A DNA stretch of 64,000 nucleotides from Octopus sinensis (taxonomy: Eukaryota): positions 12,710,001 through 12,774,000 of the forward strand of contig NC_043024.1 in the NCBI RefSeq assembly GCF_006345805.1, written 5' to 3'. The notes under the pieces are model-generated. The model was not told the origin of the DNA. It was given only the letters and a program-made list of their open reading frames with translations, and ran no database searches. This document shows, one piece after another, positions 22,801 to 38,358 of this stretch. A program made the position numbers and the translations under genes. Each line of letters begins with the position of its first letter. Position 1 is the first letter of the stretch.

Positions 22801-24413
22801 AAGAATCATCAGAAGGAAAGAAATAGTAGGCAGGATGATAAGAAGCTTTTAATGCATGAAAGGAAGGACTATTAGAGAGGAAGAAAGGGTTAAAGGTTGA
22901 GGGCAGAACGAGATTGTCATCGAAAGGGTTTCAAGCTGTGCCAAACAGTGAAGAGAATGGATGATCTATTAACGAAATGAAAGGTGGAAATATAATAGAT
23001 ATAAATGTAGTCATAGTGCGAAAGGTACGTTTCTCTAGAAATTCTTAGGGTCTAAAGTGAAGCGAAACGATGGAGGAAGACCCACGGTGGAAATTTAGGA
23101 AGGAAGTTGAATAGCTGAATGAAGATCTTAGAAGGGAGAGAACTGAAACTGAAAATAAGAAAAACAGAAATGAGCTGCAAAGAAAGTAGAAGATGAGACA
23201 AAAGAGGATTAAAGGTAGTTAAAGGGGAGACGAGGTCAAAGATTAAAACGAGATCAGGCAAAAGAAAAAAGGAAGAAAAAAGAGAAACGGTAGATACCGA
23301 GGAAGAATAAACCAGAATCAGCAGAATAGGTTGAACATAATCAATGATTGTTAAATTTACCAGCGGCGAAATAATGAGGAGAAACAACTGAAGCAGGAAG
23401 GAACTTTTGGTCAGATATTTGGTGTAAAGAGGTTTTCATATAACGGGTAAGGTTATGGGAATTGGAAATAGAAATTCGTAAAGATTAAAATAATGAAATA
23501 TAAACGTTACAGAAGGGTAAATGAAAAGGATACTAAAAAACTAAAAACCCAAATAGAAAACCCCTGGATCAGATGACAGAATAACACAAGGGAACGAAAG
23601 AAAACAACTAAAAGAGATCATAAAAATCGGACGTCATGTTGATTGCAGTAGAGTGAAGTCTACGTTGAGGTGTTGCTACATTTAAATTTTGATATATTTA
23701 AAGAATACCACAGCAAAAAAAAAAAAGAAAACTTGTCAATGTAATAAATAAATAAAATGAAGCAACGAAACAAGAGTAACAAATATATGCAAAACGAATA
23801 TATAAAAAGGAACCAAACGCAACATTAAATGAGGAGATTATCGAATCAGAGAAACAAACTCTGCAGACAAACGATATATGTAGAAGGTGAATGACATTGA
23901 TATCTGTCTGTCTGTCTATCTATCTATACATACATACATACATGGAAATACATATGGAGATATACATACACACATACGTACATACATATGCAGTGTTTCA
24001 TTTAGAGAAGCAGGCAAGACAGCATGTAAGTCTATATGTACATACACATGTATACGAACATTTGTGCACACACTGATGTGTATGTGTAATATATATATAT
24101 ATATATATGTATTTATATGGTGGGGGGTGCGTCTGTACGCACTCGCAAACGGACGACTGATTGATTACTGACACAAGTGTTGCTTGTTTGATTTGAAATA
24201 TTCTCCGGTTTGTCAGACAAGTGGCAAGTGGCGATAAATTTCAACATCATCATCATCTTCGTCTGCACCCCCACCCCTAGTACCACCATCACCACCACCA
24301 TCACCACCATTGTCATCAAACTCAATAACAAGTGGCATGCACGAAACTGAAGACCCTTCAGTTCTTATGTAGCTCAAGAGTTGAATAAAAAAACTTTTCT
24401 TTCACACAGTCAG

Positions 24414-24452
<39 letters not shown>

Positions 24453-24462
24453 AACACACATA

Positions 24463-24505
<43 letters not shown>

Positions 24506-24934
24506 CTTTTAAGAATCTTCTGGAGTTATAAATTATCTCCCATCATCTTTCGAACAAAAAACCTGTCTTACAAGTAGAAAGCAACAAGCATTGGAATCGA
24601 ACTGTCGATCCGCGGATGTCCCGATCATCACCACACGAAGGGAACTTTCAACCGTTCCGAGGAAAAGCTTCATCTAGACAAGAGAGACGGGGAAATAGCT
24701 TACTTCTGTTCTTTAAAATTATTGAAAAATTTTGAAGAAAATGTTGGAGTGTTATTAATTAATTATTTATATCTCCCTTTATATTTGAAGATATTCTAAC
24801 ACACATATTTACATATACACATGCACCAATACAAGCATTAACACACACATACACAAACACGCACGCACACATATATATGTATATATATACATATATACAT
24901 ACGTATATATACACATACATATATATTACATATA

Positions 24935-25290
24935 CAATGGACGATGGGTAAATTGTCGCCACTTTATATTTTTAATTTCGCACTTGCGCATTGATTATTT
25001 TTGATTTTGTCAACTACACAGTATAGTAGGGTCAGTTGGGCACCGTCTGTGAGAAAAACAGCACCATGATGCAATTCACTCTGCCAGAAATTTGTAAACG
25101 ACATGCTGTACTGCTTGGCATTCACACTGGAAGCTCCAATACGAACGTTTCAATCTGAGGAGAGTGCAAAGGGTTCAGAAACAGTTGGATGAGTCTAATG
25201 GTGATAACGAAGGTACAACAGATCGGAAAACTCACTTTGATCGTTCTGATCAGAAAAGAACTCCAGAATTTGTTGATGAGATCCAGGCTA
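24935..25290 (+). mobile_element. Tc1/mariner-superfamily transposon, 5' end and transposase N-terminus (truncated)
   Basis: TA then CAATGGACGATGGGTAAATTGTCGCC; ATG at 25066: MMQFTLPEICKRHAVLLGIHTGSSNTNVS / VQRVQKQLDESNG...RSDQKRTPEFVDEIQA, a helix-turn-helix-like N-terminus. Confidence 0.6.
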
Positions 25291-25577
25291 TTGGCTTATA
25301 TATACATACACATACACACACACGTGTGCACACGTATATACCAAAGTCGATAAAGTTCCAAAGAAACTATGATCAGTCAGCTTCCGAGGAGTTCTAGGCG
25401 AAACAAGATATATTTCGTTCTCAGAACTGCTTTTTTCACTGTGACTTATTTTTGTTTGAGACAACCAGACACGATCTTAGGGTTTTGCATCGGAATAACT
25501 CTTTCTTCGACAGATATTCGGATAATATCGGTTTCACATTTTTGGCAAAAGGTCTGAAAGTTCACGAAAGAGTAAGC

Positions 25578-25733
25578 CGATCAACCCCAGTACACAACTA
25601 GTACTTGTTTTATTTACCCAGAAAGGAAGAAAGGTAAAGTTGATCTCGATGGAACTGGAAGTGAAAATGTGAAGACGGACGAAATGTCGTCAAGTATTTT
25701 TTCCGGCCTGCTACCGATTCTGCCTGCTTGCCG
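25578..25733 (-). mobile_element. SINE family A, diverged
   Basis: ACCCCAGTACACAACTAGTACTT...GAAAGGAAGAAAGGTAAAGTTGATCTCG matches the reverse-complement core. Confidence 0.7.
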
Positions 25734-26441
25734 CATTACATGTAATAAATTCTCCGAATCCATCACTTCAAAGTTTTTCTTGCGACTCACTCTTTTGCCA
25801 TCGCCAATATTTTTGCTGTTGTGGAATTCTAAGATAATCGCTGATCCAACGTTAGTGCCATTTCACCTTGTGACAGGTGTCTTCCTTCTACTGGGATTCT
25901 GGAGCCCTCTTCATCAGGTCAGCCTAGCGATTCAGTCGCCAACGACTCGACCATGCTACAGATCGTAGCAAACCTATGTCATTAGTAACAATTGTGCGTG
26001 TTATGAATAGAACATAATTATACACATACACATACGTACATACATACATGTAAACCTACATACACACATATACATAAGTACTTATATGAATACATACATA
26101 CATATACATGCGCAGAGAATGAGATATAGAATAGCACAAGCACACACACACATACACGCAACAGCAAAGCATAATTTCTAAGTAAATAATTGAAGTGTTT
26201 GTCGTTTATCTGAAGAAGCAAGATCAGATCTGAGGTTGAAGGTCAATGATCAAAGATCTTCTAACCAGAGATATTCCTTATTTCTGTATATTAGGGATAA
26301 GACTGATTTCTGCATCTTTCGATTTCTGCGGATGTTCGATTTGAGAGCGATTAGGCTGCTATGTCTAGAATGTCGATGGACTACATAGGCATTTCCCACC
26401 CCATTACCTAGTGGTCGGCAGAGAGTTTATATATTTTTTTC

Positions 26442-26628
26442 TACTCTAGGCACAAGGCCCGAGTAAGCAACTGGTACTTAAGTAAGCAACTGGTACTTAA
26501 TTTATCGACACCGAAAGGATGAAAGGCAAAGTCGACCTCTGCGGAATTTGAACTTAGAACGTAGCGGCAGACGAAATACCGCTAAGCATTTCGCCCGATG
26601 TGCTAACCATTCTGCCAGCTTGGCGTCT
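26442..26628 (-). mobile_element. SINE family A monomer with internal 19-bp duplication
   Basis: Core and head present; AGTAAGCAACTGGTACTTA repeated twice at 26462-26499. Confidence 0.88.
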
Positions 26629-27384
26629 TAAAGATGGGTTATATATTCGTTAATGCTTAGTTCCAGCTCAGATGCAATCCAGCAAACCTATGATCAAAGA
26701 CGCCCCGGCCATGCCAAACCGGCTTAATTTTTCTAAATAACTATAACTACCTTCACTGAAATATATCTAAAACTCTCGTAAGAGATACGAGGAAGATTTG
26801 GCAAATATTTCCAGCATAAAAATCAAACTTGTAAAAGGGTCTGATACAGACGAAACAGTTAAAAACAGATAAAAAGTAGTAACTTTGTTTTTCAATAACC
26901 TGCATTAAATATTGAAAGTTTGAACTGTTTTGCCCAGAAAGTTTGTCTGGCATCGTTCGTTAGTTGCAATGGCGGCCTTCGTTTAATATTCCACGGTTAC
27001 GACACAAAGATGGCGACATTTTTGAATAAAGTAGAAATTCATGTAAGTAAAATTGTCTTTTGTCCAAACTGCTTTGAAATTTTGGTTTAAGTGGAATTTT
27101 GTTTTTGATTGTGTGTTTATGGTGTTCCGTATAGAATTTGTGTGTGTTTCTGTGTGTTCATGTGTGTGTATGTATGCACGCATGTGTATGTTTGGGTGGC
27201 TGGGTCTGTATGTACGCATATAAGTAAATGCGCATGCGTCTGAGCCTCAGTGTGTGACTGGGTATGATTTTGCATGTGAGTATATACATGTATATTCTCC
27301 CCCACAAAACTACTGGGCTTCATGTGCATGTGTGTATATCTAGATACACATGTATATAATTGCAGATGTACACACGTATGTATA

Positions 27385-27419
<35 letters not shown>

Positions 27420-27960
27420 ATATCTATATTTTTGTGTGTGTGTGTGTGGGCAAGATATGTATATATTATAATATTATATATATATATGTATGTTATATAT
27501 ATATATGTGTGTGTTGTAATATTGTATGTATATATATGTGTGTGTGTAATATATGTATATATATATATATATATGTGTGTGTGTGCGTGTGTGTATGTAA
27601 TATATGTATATATATATATATATGTAGTTATTTCTAAAAGTGCATAAACGTAAGTATGAATATGTCTGGTCAATATTCAAATTGCTGTGCATGTGTTAAT
27701 GCAGCGATTCCTATACAAATGCACACACATATACACCTGCATACAAACACACATATAAACTTACATATACATATACACACAATTATTCTGTGTGCGAGTG
27801 TGTGTGTGTTTAAGGGAGACAGAGTGAGCATTGAATACAGAAAACTTATATTTACACACAATATTCATGTTTCTTGTACATTGCAATTTTAAAAACATTA
27901 TATAAACACGCGTGCGTCCACACACATACATACACTGACGCATATGTATGTGTGTGCATG

Positions 27961-27992
<32 letters not shown>

Positions 27993-28114
27993 GTGTGTGT
28001 GTATGTATACATATATACATATGTTTGTGTGTGGGGGATGCCTGAGCGCATATCTTTGTGTAAAAGTGTGCGTGTATGCCTGTATATATATCTGTATATT
28101 CAGAATTCTATCTA

Positions 28115-28172
<58 letters not shown>

Positions 28173-28568
28173 TTCATATAATTGTATGTTGGTATATATG
28201 TATACATAGAAATCACACAGACATATAGAAACTATATTATATAAAATACGTACTCACACATGCATATATATAGATATATATATATATACACCTTTACATG
28301 TAAATTCACATTGGAAGAAGACAGTTCTTTATATAAAACAAACAATTTTTTTTTTCTTAGAAACAAGCAACTTTTTCCAGCTGTGGAATTATGTATGAAG
28401 ACAAAAACAAGCCATAAAGATGGTTAAGTTCCTGAAAGAAGTTATTACTGTCAAGAGTTTTTATCACTTTTTCTATTCCAAACAACGGAAATGGCTTTTG
28501 GAAGAAAGAATACGATAATCTAAGAGTTTGTAACTGTTGTTGCTTTTGTTGTTGCGGTTCTCCATGTG

Positions 28569-28617
<49 letters not shown>

Positions 28618-28744
28618 AGAGAAGCAGTGATTGATAATGAAAGAGAGAATTTAGAGAGAAATAAAGTAGTTTTGTAGGAGGGAAGTGATGAAGCGGTGAA
28701 GAAAGAAAGAGAAATTGAGAGTGAAAGAGAGAGAGAGAGAGAGT

Positions 28745-28793
<49 letters not shown>

Positions 28794-29126
28794 TGTGATT
28801 GGTAAATGTTTAATACTTGCAGACATTGAACTGCCTAGATACATTCTAACACGTCAAAATGGTGATTGCAGTATCCAAAGATTTGCCACTCACCTGTAAT
28901 AATAATAATAATAATAATGATAATAATAATAACAACAATAATAATAATAACATTAATGAATATATATAACAGTAAATATATATACATACACATACCTTCA
29001 CACACATATACACATAAATTCTTACCTACCTATATGTATGTATATTATGTATATATATATACACATATTTTTATGTACGATATAAAAATATATATATATA
29101 TATATATATATGCATGTGTGTAAATA

Positions 29127-29165
<39 letters not shown>

Positions 29166-31103
29166 ATATATATATATATATATCAGTACAAAAACACATA
29201 GATACGTATAACACACACATACACACTCACACACCCACACATACATATATATAGTAAGATAACGTTTTTGCTGTAGGGAGTGATTGGTCGTGGGGTCGAA
29301 TGTGGAGGTTGATAGTAAAGAAAAATAAAAATAAAAAAATAAACAAGCAAGAAAAAGATTACAGTGTGGCGATGATGAGGTTTTTGATGACGATGGTGGC
29401 GATGTTGGTGGGTGTGACGGGGACGGTGAGTAGGATGATGAAGATGATGGTATGGTGGATGGTGATGATGATGATGACCGAAAATATAAACCAAAATAAA
29501 ACGAAGTTCCAAACTTTGCTTTATCTCATAGATACTGATGCAACACGAAATTTTAATAAAAGAATGAAAAAACCCCCAAAAAATGAAACGCACACACACA
29601 CATATGCACACGTACGCATGCAGAGCCACACACACACGCACACATACACACATACACACACATGTAAACGAAAATGTAAATTATAGATAAAACGTATTTT
29701 GTACAACATCCATTGTTGAAGTGGTTATCATTATCTTTATTATTTCATTATTCTTATCATCTTCGTCATCATCATCCTCCTCCTCATCGTCGTCGTCGTC
29801 GTGTCATTGTTTTCCTCTCGAGAGTACATGTTCTCTCACCTTCCGGGGCCTTTCTGCAGTTCTAATCTAGACTTCCTAATATTATGCACCGTTCGTTTTC
29901 CTTTTTACCAGTTGTCATTTTGTTGTCACCGTCAATCTTAGAGAATAAATATATTCTTCCATTTGCTTTGGCCTTCTGAAATGATTATACATCCTACCAC
30001 AGATCTCAACTCGGACTCCCTCCAGGTTTTTTTGGACACACGCTGAGAAATATCCAAATGAAATCTCGCTGTATCTATTGCCATTTATTTGCTAAACTCC
30101 TCTGGCAAGGAGGGAATCTGCTTTGTGACCCATTTCTTGCATGGGTTATACTCGCCTAGGGTAGACCCATGTTATACTAATACAACAATGAAACAGAGGC
30201 AGTCCTTTTTTAAAAAGAGCAGATAAAATAAAGGAAAATATTGAAAATACTTATCGATCGAGAAAAGCATTTAAAAACATTCATTTTTTTCCTGATCGTT
30301 TTAGGTCATAAAGAATTTCAGATAAACCAACAAAAGGAAATTATGGTTGAAATATGACGTGAGTGACAGGGCATCTTTCCTCGATGAACACTTTTCAAAA
30401 TTAATTACTTGTAGGGAAACCGTATTTCATTGTGCAGCCATAATGTGCTACAAAGTATATGAAACGCTTAATAAAGTCAATACTGTGTCCTATTGTGGTA
30501 GCAGTGCTATTAAACCGCATATTAATGATATCTCCAGGGATTCTCTGTAAAAGTTATAGAACTACTGAAATATGGCATATACAGCCATTGCGTACTTTTC
30601 TATCTACGACCGCATTGTTGTTGTCTTCGGATACGAAACGTCGTAACAAATCAGTGCTGGCTAGAATTTCTACAAAAATTCTATAGAATTAACCTTAACA
30701 CTTTCCAAAATAAATTAAAAAATTAACAGGCCTCTATGTAGCGAATAACGGTGAGACTGTTGATATGTCTTCGAAGGACGAATTGACTGCAGCTCAATTT
30801 CTCGATTGCGTCTAAACATATGGAACCGTATGGCTAAAAATCAGGGTCGCAGATAAGACGAGGAGACAAGGAAAGTGGCTGTGTCACACGCCGACCCAAA
30901 AGCTGGTGCGAAAGAAGTACATGAGAAAAGAGAAAACGAGGGTCACAGAGAGAGTTATTGGTACTGGAATTGATCCTTGGCTTGTCACGCTTGCAGCACT
31001 TTACGACCCGGACGGAGGTGAGATGCAACAGCATGTGCTCACACAGGATTGCATGAAGATCCTGGTCCTGCTCTCACTCGATGGCCACATGGCCACCCGA
31101 CAT

Positions 31104-31491
31104 GGATGGAAGCACTCCGTCGGTTACAACGACGAGGGTTCCGGTTGATCCGATCAACGGAACAGCCTGCTCGTGAAATTAACGTGTAAGTGGCTGAGCA
31201 CTCCACAGACACGTGTACCCTTAACGTAGTTCTGGGGGATATTCAGTGTGACACAGCGAGTGACAAGGCCGGCCCTTTGAAATACAGGTACAACAGAAAC
31301 AGGAAGTAAGAGTGAGAGAAAGTTGTGGTGAAAGAGCACAGCAGGGATCACCACCATCCCCTGCCGGAGCCTCGTGGAGCTTTTAGGTGTTTTCGCTCAA
31401 TAAACACTCACAACGCCCGGTCTGGGAATAGAAACCGCGATCCTATGACCGCGAGTCCGCTGCCCTAACCACTGGGCCATTGCTCCTCCAC
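31104..31491 (-). mobile_element. SINE family C, full-length with TSD
   Basis: Complete head and body; TSD CCACCCGAYAT at 31093-31103 and 31492-31502. Confidence 0.93.
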
Positions 31492-33120
31492 CCACCCGAT
31501 ATATACCCTTTAATGTTATTGATGGGGAGTTTCAGTCAGACTGATGGTGCAGGACAGAATATCAGGTTGAAAGCGTTTAACAGTAAAAGCCACTTGAATG
31601 TGTAATAAGGAAAAGGAGACGGAATGTGAAGATAAATAAATAGATAAAAAGATGGGTTGGCCGACAGAAGGAGAAGCAAAGACAAGAGCAGAGGTTGTGA
31701 GGATAAAAACCATTGCTATTACTAGAGATAGGGGAACGGAGAGAAGAAGGAAACGAAGAGAGGAAAATAAAGAAGATGGAAAATGAAAGGAAAAGATAAA
31801 ATGTCAATTGTATAATTCAGTTGGAACAACTGACAGTTATTGGTTGGGTTGGAAACGTTACGCCTACCTTGACCCCAAAAGAAGAAGAGAAGATGGTAAA
31901 ACCACATGGCAACATGGGAACAAAAAGAAACAAAGAACATTTGCTGTTAACTCGATAGAAACTAATTGTTATGAAAGGACAGCGTCTTAAATGAAACATT
32001 TAATTAGCCTCGCAATAAAACATTACAGGCTAATTAAAGAGTTAATGAGGCTGGTGGTGTAACATACTTGACACTCTAGTAATCGCAGCTAAATCACTCT
32101 CAATTCATAATCCATTGCCTTGAAAAAAAAAAGAATTACGATCGTTGTAGACACAGATATGTGACAAGAAAAAAGCGACAAAGTGGGAGATAGTCATGGT
32201 TGGGAAGTCTTTGAATACAGGCGTCCTCACAGAAAGCATAGAAAGGCATTAGACAATAACTAGCATATATCTGTGGCTGCAAGAAACAACGATGTTTGGT
32301 AATACCCAGGACAATCTGTTGCTGCTACTGCTGCTGCTACTACTTCTACTACAACTACTATAAATGTTTATTTTTAAGAGAGGCAAAATGTCGGATATTA
32401 TAGGAGAAGAGAGATGTCTATCCATATCAACTCCATAACACTCGGCTGGTACTTGAACCTGACTTTGGAGGTCGAACATTTTGCGAGAGATATTTGTGAT
32501 TACATTCACCCCAAGAAAGAATAAAGAAAAAACAAAACAAAAAAAACAAACAAACAAACAAACATGGACCCCCACCCATCGAGATTTGAACTTGGAACAT
32601 AAACAAACGATTCATGATGTAGTGCAGTGTATTATATTTGAATTTCCCTGTCTAAGAGTTTGATAGGAACGGAGCCATTCTTGCTGAGACCTTTTCTGAT
32701 TTATGTCTTCTATCTCATTCCTCTCGATATTTCAGTCATTAGAAGTTATTTGACCACAGGTCAACAGTAAACCAGTAGACCTGTGATCAAAGGCATTCCA
32801 GCCATGACAATTTGGTAGATATTTTATTGGTCATAGGTGGGCTGGGATGAAAGGATAAAACCGATATTTGAATTGAGAACCTTGATTGATGTTCAAAGTT
32901 AAATACTGTAATAGATTTAGTCCGGTGCTTTACCGTTAATACCGAGAGTAGTGGTGATTATACTGATGTAATCAAGTTTATCGTAAAGATGAAAGAAGAC
33001 AGACAGACAGAGAGAAGGAGGAGAAGAAGAAGAAGAAGCAGAAAAGGAAGGAAAGAGGGAAAAGAAAGGAAAATAATAATAAGAAAAATAAGGGAGAAGC
33101 AGATAGAATATAAACAGCAT

Positions 33121-33169
<49 letters not shown>

Positions 33170-33274
33170 TTATATAATATACACGTACACACGCACATAT
33201 ATGCATACTTATATTTGTATTTATAAATACATACATATATATATGCATGTATACATAGACATACAGTTATATAT

Positions 33275-33339
<65 letters not shown>

Positions 33340-33481
33340 ATATATGGAAATAAGTATAGATGTGTATAAATATATATATATATATGTGTGTGTGTGTGTT
33401 GTGTGTTATAAATTATATATAAACACATTATATATGCATACGCACATCCGTATAGAGAGATACATACGTATATATCCAAAC

Positions 33482-33521
<40 letters not shown>

Positions 33522-35054
33522 TATATGAGAGGAAGGCCAGCACAGAGGCAGACCTATAGACAGAGAGGAGAACAAACAAGAGATGAAGATAAGCTGAGTG
33601 TCATTGATCCTTCGGGCAATATTGATGCTGCACCATCAAAAGACTCAAACGTTATTATCAGTTGTAAAAGATAATCTGTTCTCTCTTTTTCATTAATTTT
33701 ATCTTGTTTTCTTTTCTTTTTTGTTTTTATTTAGTTTGACTTTCACTTTCACTTTGGAAACTATAAATTAATAGATAAATAAATAAAACGGTAAACGGCA
33801 GAAGATTAAAACACACACATATATAATATATACACAAAAATATACACACGTACACGCACACACATACATACAGTAAGGGGCAACTGTCTAGCTGACAGCG
33901 GTCGTAGCGGAAGTTGCGCCGGTGTTGGCGTTGTGGAAAATTGATTTGTTAAGAGAGGCACAAGGCTAATCATTTCTGGGGAAGGGGACAGTCGATTAAA
34001 CCGATACTAAATTTATTAACCGCCAATGTTTCTATCATTAGAGGTTGTAGGTGTGGTGGATGGGTGGCCAAGTCAGCTTCGCATCCACGTGGTTTCGTGT
34101 TCTATCCTGGTTCGTTTTAGAAGCATATGACCCCGGGAAACCCCTCGCTATGGGCTCCGTTGTACTCATTCGGGTCCCTAGACTCTGGGCCATACATCTT
34201 AAGGCAAACCCCTTTTTTATGCAAGTAGGTGACAGTTTGCGACAATAGTTTTTATCAAAGTCACGTGTTGATGGAAGTGTTGTCAGAGAAATCGAGGAAA
34301 GTAAACTGTACTGAAGCCTGTCGTACCAAGAGTTCCAGGAATTGAAATGGACAGCTTTTACCACGTAGTGTCTTGCTGAGGACTACGTTACGGGTATACA
34401 CGTCTGCAGGTTACTTAATCATATACAATATAATCGTATGAGAAGACTTCTTTTGACCGGACAAACTATTTATTTAATAGTTTGGCCAGTGGGGAAACTG
34501 TTTATTTAATGAACGTTTCCAGATCTGACAGTTGTAAGATCAAGCAGTCTTGTGGACGTGGAGAAATATATTTTAGTGCTCAACCTTTCATGGGGACGGG
34601 AGACAAATTAAAACTATTATAATTAGGGTTAATGAAAAAGGAAAGTATCAAAAGAATCTAGCTCTGCTGAACTCATTCTTCTTAATTGCGGATTAAAGAA
34701 AGTTATCAACTTTACAGTGTGGCTGCACTTTACTAAGGTAAGTTATTGATACCAGGTGATGGCCATATACAGCCTGTCTCTATTTTTGAGTAACTGGTTA
34801 TGTATCTGGGACCTTACCACTAACTGATCCCTAGCCTTGCACATCAGTCCTGAAAATAGTCTATGTTTCTGTACAAAGGGGTGGGTTGGGGGCATCACAC
34901 ACTAATAAATTATGTCCTTTTCAGTTTGAGTTCAAATTACTCCGGGTTTCATGCTGAGAAAATGAAATTCCTGCTCTGCCTCCGATATAATCCCTCCTTC
35001 TATCGTTTCTATTTCCCAATCGTTCATGTTCGTTATCGATATTTCTCAATATTA

Positions 35055-35225
35055 AGGCAGCGAACTGGCAGAAGTGTTACCACACGGGACAAAAAGCTTG
35101 GCAGCATTTCGTCAGTCTTTACGTTCTGAATTCAAAATCCACCGTGGTTGACTTTGCCTTTCGTCATATCGGGATCAATAAAATGAGTACCAGTTGAGCA
35201 TTGGGGTCGATGATATTGAATTAGC
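35055..35225 (+). mobile_element. SINE family A, diverged monomer
   Basis: AGGCAGCGAACTGGCAGAAGTGTTA...GACTTTGCCTTTCGTCATATCGGGATCAATAAAATGAGTACCAG. Confidence 0.82.
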
Positions 35226-38200
35226 CCTTCACCCGAAACCAATATTTCTTTATAATTCTTTCCAAACACAACCTGAACGATTGAAATCCCGTTGAGAGTG
35301 TATCAGTCGGTACTATGTGCCCTTCCAGTCCTCCCTTGCCCCTCCTGCCTCTCCCTCTTCCTGCCGAATTACTTTCGTATCCACACCCCGCCGCAAAAGA
35401 CTCCACCCCACCAAAGAAAAAAACAGGAAGAAGGAAGATTTTCGCGACTTCGTCAGCGCAGCAATGAATTTTTCGTTTCGGAACTTTTGGTAATAAGTGA
35501 AATAGAAAATAAACGTTGAAGTCCTTTTCTAATGAGGAATAAAGTTGGGAAATCAATTGCAACGGTGATGGCCATCGATTAACCGATAGAAGTGGATTAC
35601 TTAATAACGGTAAAAATAACAACTTTATCAAGAAATCTTCTTCATATTCACCACCGCCACAACCAGCACCACCACCACCACCACCATCATCATCGTCGTC
35701 ATCATTATAATTGCCCTACACCTCCTCATCATCATCAACACCATCATCATTATCATATTCATCAATACCGTAGTCGACGCCGTCATCAACATCAACATCA
35801 ACAATGATAACCGCGAGACAAGAATAAATCGTGAGATGAAACTTCAGAATTTGTCTTCCTTTAAGAGTCTGGTTTTAAAAAAAGCATAAGAGTCTTAAGA
35901 GTCACAGAATTCTATGCGAAAACAGAGGAATACTTCTGTGGTGATTGAACGCGTTGAAGGCAGAGTTAGGTATCTCGTGGTTGTAAAACTTCAAATTGCA
36001 ACTTTCTCCGTTTTGTGGTTAAGACTGTGCTACAACGATGGCCAAAGACAAATTAAAGAGGACAGCTGCAGGGGGGAGAGGAGAACTGATCGAAATGACA
36101 GGATGAGACAACAGGGCGCAGCTGTTTGGACGTTAGTGCTTTGGCGTGGTTGAGCGGGCAATCATTCTGTTTTAGCAATAAGTTTGGGGACTAGAGGCAG
36201 ACACACACACACGTGCGCAGAAATATATAAATACAGATAAGAATAGAGTGAGAAAAGGAGACAAAGGGAGTGTTGGAGAAAGAGACAGACAGACAGATAG
36301 AGAGCGGGGTAGGGAGAGAGAGAGAGAGGTGTGGGGAGAGAGAGAGGTGGGGAGAAAGAGATGAGGAAGGAAGTGAACGAGAAAAGTATTAAAAAGAGAG
36401 AAACAGTAAAACCTCTGATCTTAAATAAATCAGCGTCGAATGAGCGACGCCAAAACGGCTGCGCCAAAACGTCTCAAATCCGAGAAATGAACAGAATAAA
36501 GTAAATTAACAGTTAAATCCTCGAATCAATTTAATCGCAAGTTGCTTCATCCCTCAAGAATTAAGTCCTTCTTTTAATGTAATAAATCGAAAAAGCAGAT
36601 ACATTAACAGAAGGATTTTCGTTATAAATAAATGGACATAAACAGAGTCGCAGACGATATTGGATTCCGTCGCATTGGACTTGGAACGTGGAATGGTTTA
36701 CAGTGATAAGTGAGGGAATCAATAAGATGGGGTGAGGACAGAACACAGGGAGGAGGTCCTAGGGCATTTGACGTTATGTCACCTACATACAGCGTTTGAA
36801 ATAAAATAATATGGAGAACGTATGAACATCACTACATCGATTCTGCTTCCATAACATTGGCAAAAAGCGTATAAAGTACTTGCATGTGTGTGTGTGTGTG
36901 TGTTTATGTGTGTGTGTGTGTGTGTGTGTCTGTGTGTGCGATGGTTGCACGAATTGATTTCAGTTCAATTTGTTTGTCAGCAGGTGGAATAAGGTTTCCA
37001 TATACACCGTTTTACATGTATAACCGTTTACATGTATATATATATAATATATATGTCTGCATAAGTACATACATACTTACATGCATTCATACACACATGT
37101 ATATATATAATGTATTATAATGTATGTATGTATTCATGTAGGGGTGCTTGTTTGTCTGTGTCTACAACCATATACATGTATACATGCTCCACATAAACAT
37201 GTACGCACGTTTTTGTGTGTGTGTGTGCATTTGCATGGTATCTGTATCAGTGTGGTTATGTTCCATGCATGCATGCATGTATGTATGTATGTATGTATGC
37301 ATGCGTGTATGTATGTATCTATCGGTTTCTGTCTGTCATTCTTTTTATCTATTTAATTGAATATGTGCCTACCTGTCTCTATCCCTCTCTCATCCTTCTC
37401 TCTCTCTTTATCTATCTCTCTCTTTCTTTCTGTTTGTGCTTGTCTCATTTTATCTCTCTCCCAATTTCACACACACACACCCTCTCTCTTTCTCTCTCCT
37501 CCTTGCAATCCCTCAATTCCTTAAATCTAGCATCGCTCTCTCTCCCTCTCCCTTGTTCTGCCTCTCGCCCACTCTCTCTTTCTATCTCGTCTACACACTT
37601 TTTTAAGAACTCCCTTTTGCTATCACTAACTCATTCGTTTTTCCTTCAACTCCCACCCATCTTACTACCGCATACTACTCCCCGTCTCTCTATCAACTTT
37701 AATCACGTCTCTCTCTCCCTCTGTCCCACTCCACGTCTCTGCCTATCTGTCTGTCTGTCTGTCTGTCTCTCTCTCGTGTCGCCGTCCATCATGAAAAGAA
37801 AATATACAGGAAATAGATAACTGACACTTATATGAAATGAAATTTTAGCAGACACCAGAGGAAAGATTCTGGCTATAAATGCTGAAACGATATCAAATAT
37901 TTATAACTCCTTTCTCCGCTTTTCTCATTTGAATGACGTTAAGTAGAAGAATCCTCTATGATCTAGCTCCGCATGTGTGAGAGTTGTATGGTGGCATTGG
38001 AGCGGGGGAGAGAGAGAGAGAGGTAGGTGCCGTGGCGGAGCGTTGGGACGGTGGGGTCGCTGGGGCCGTTGTGTTGCGCTTCTGCTATGGTTGTGAAACC
38101 GTATTCCGTTATATGTACACATTTCCCTTCATTAACACACACACATACGTGTATATACTCTCAGACACCACATACACACACATATATACATAGTTATGAA

Positions 38201-38326
38201 ATATATATATATATATATATATACATATATTAATGTATATATATCTATACATACGTATATGCATATGCATTCATGTATATCTATATCTATACATACATAT
38301 ATGCATATACATACATACATATCTGC

Positions 38327-38358
<32 letters not shown>

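Noticed and set aside
22900-23600. Possible decayed CR1/L2-type LINE (KTPGSD resembling KAPGPD)
   Set aside because: Only one weak motif in purine-rich sequence; cannot be supported without a profile search.
29800-30170. Possible RTE 3' end on the minus strand (SKIDG...ILGSL, microsatellite tail)
   Set aside because: Similarity too degenerate to call by eye.
31410-31491. tRNA gene (Arg-like)
   Set aside because: It is the head of SINE C, continuing into a shared body present three times; same reasoning for the heads of SINE A and B.
35592-35807. His-rich ORF (also 43604-43849 and 29183-29659)
   Set aside because: Degenerate (CAC/CAT)n trinucleotide repeats with no supporting splice or domain evidence.
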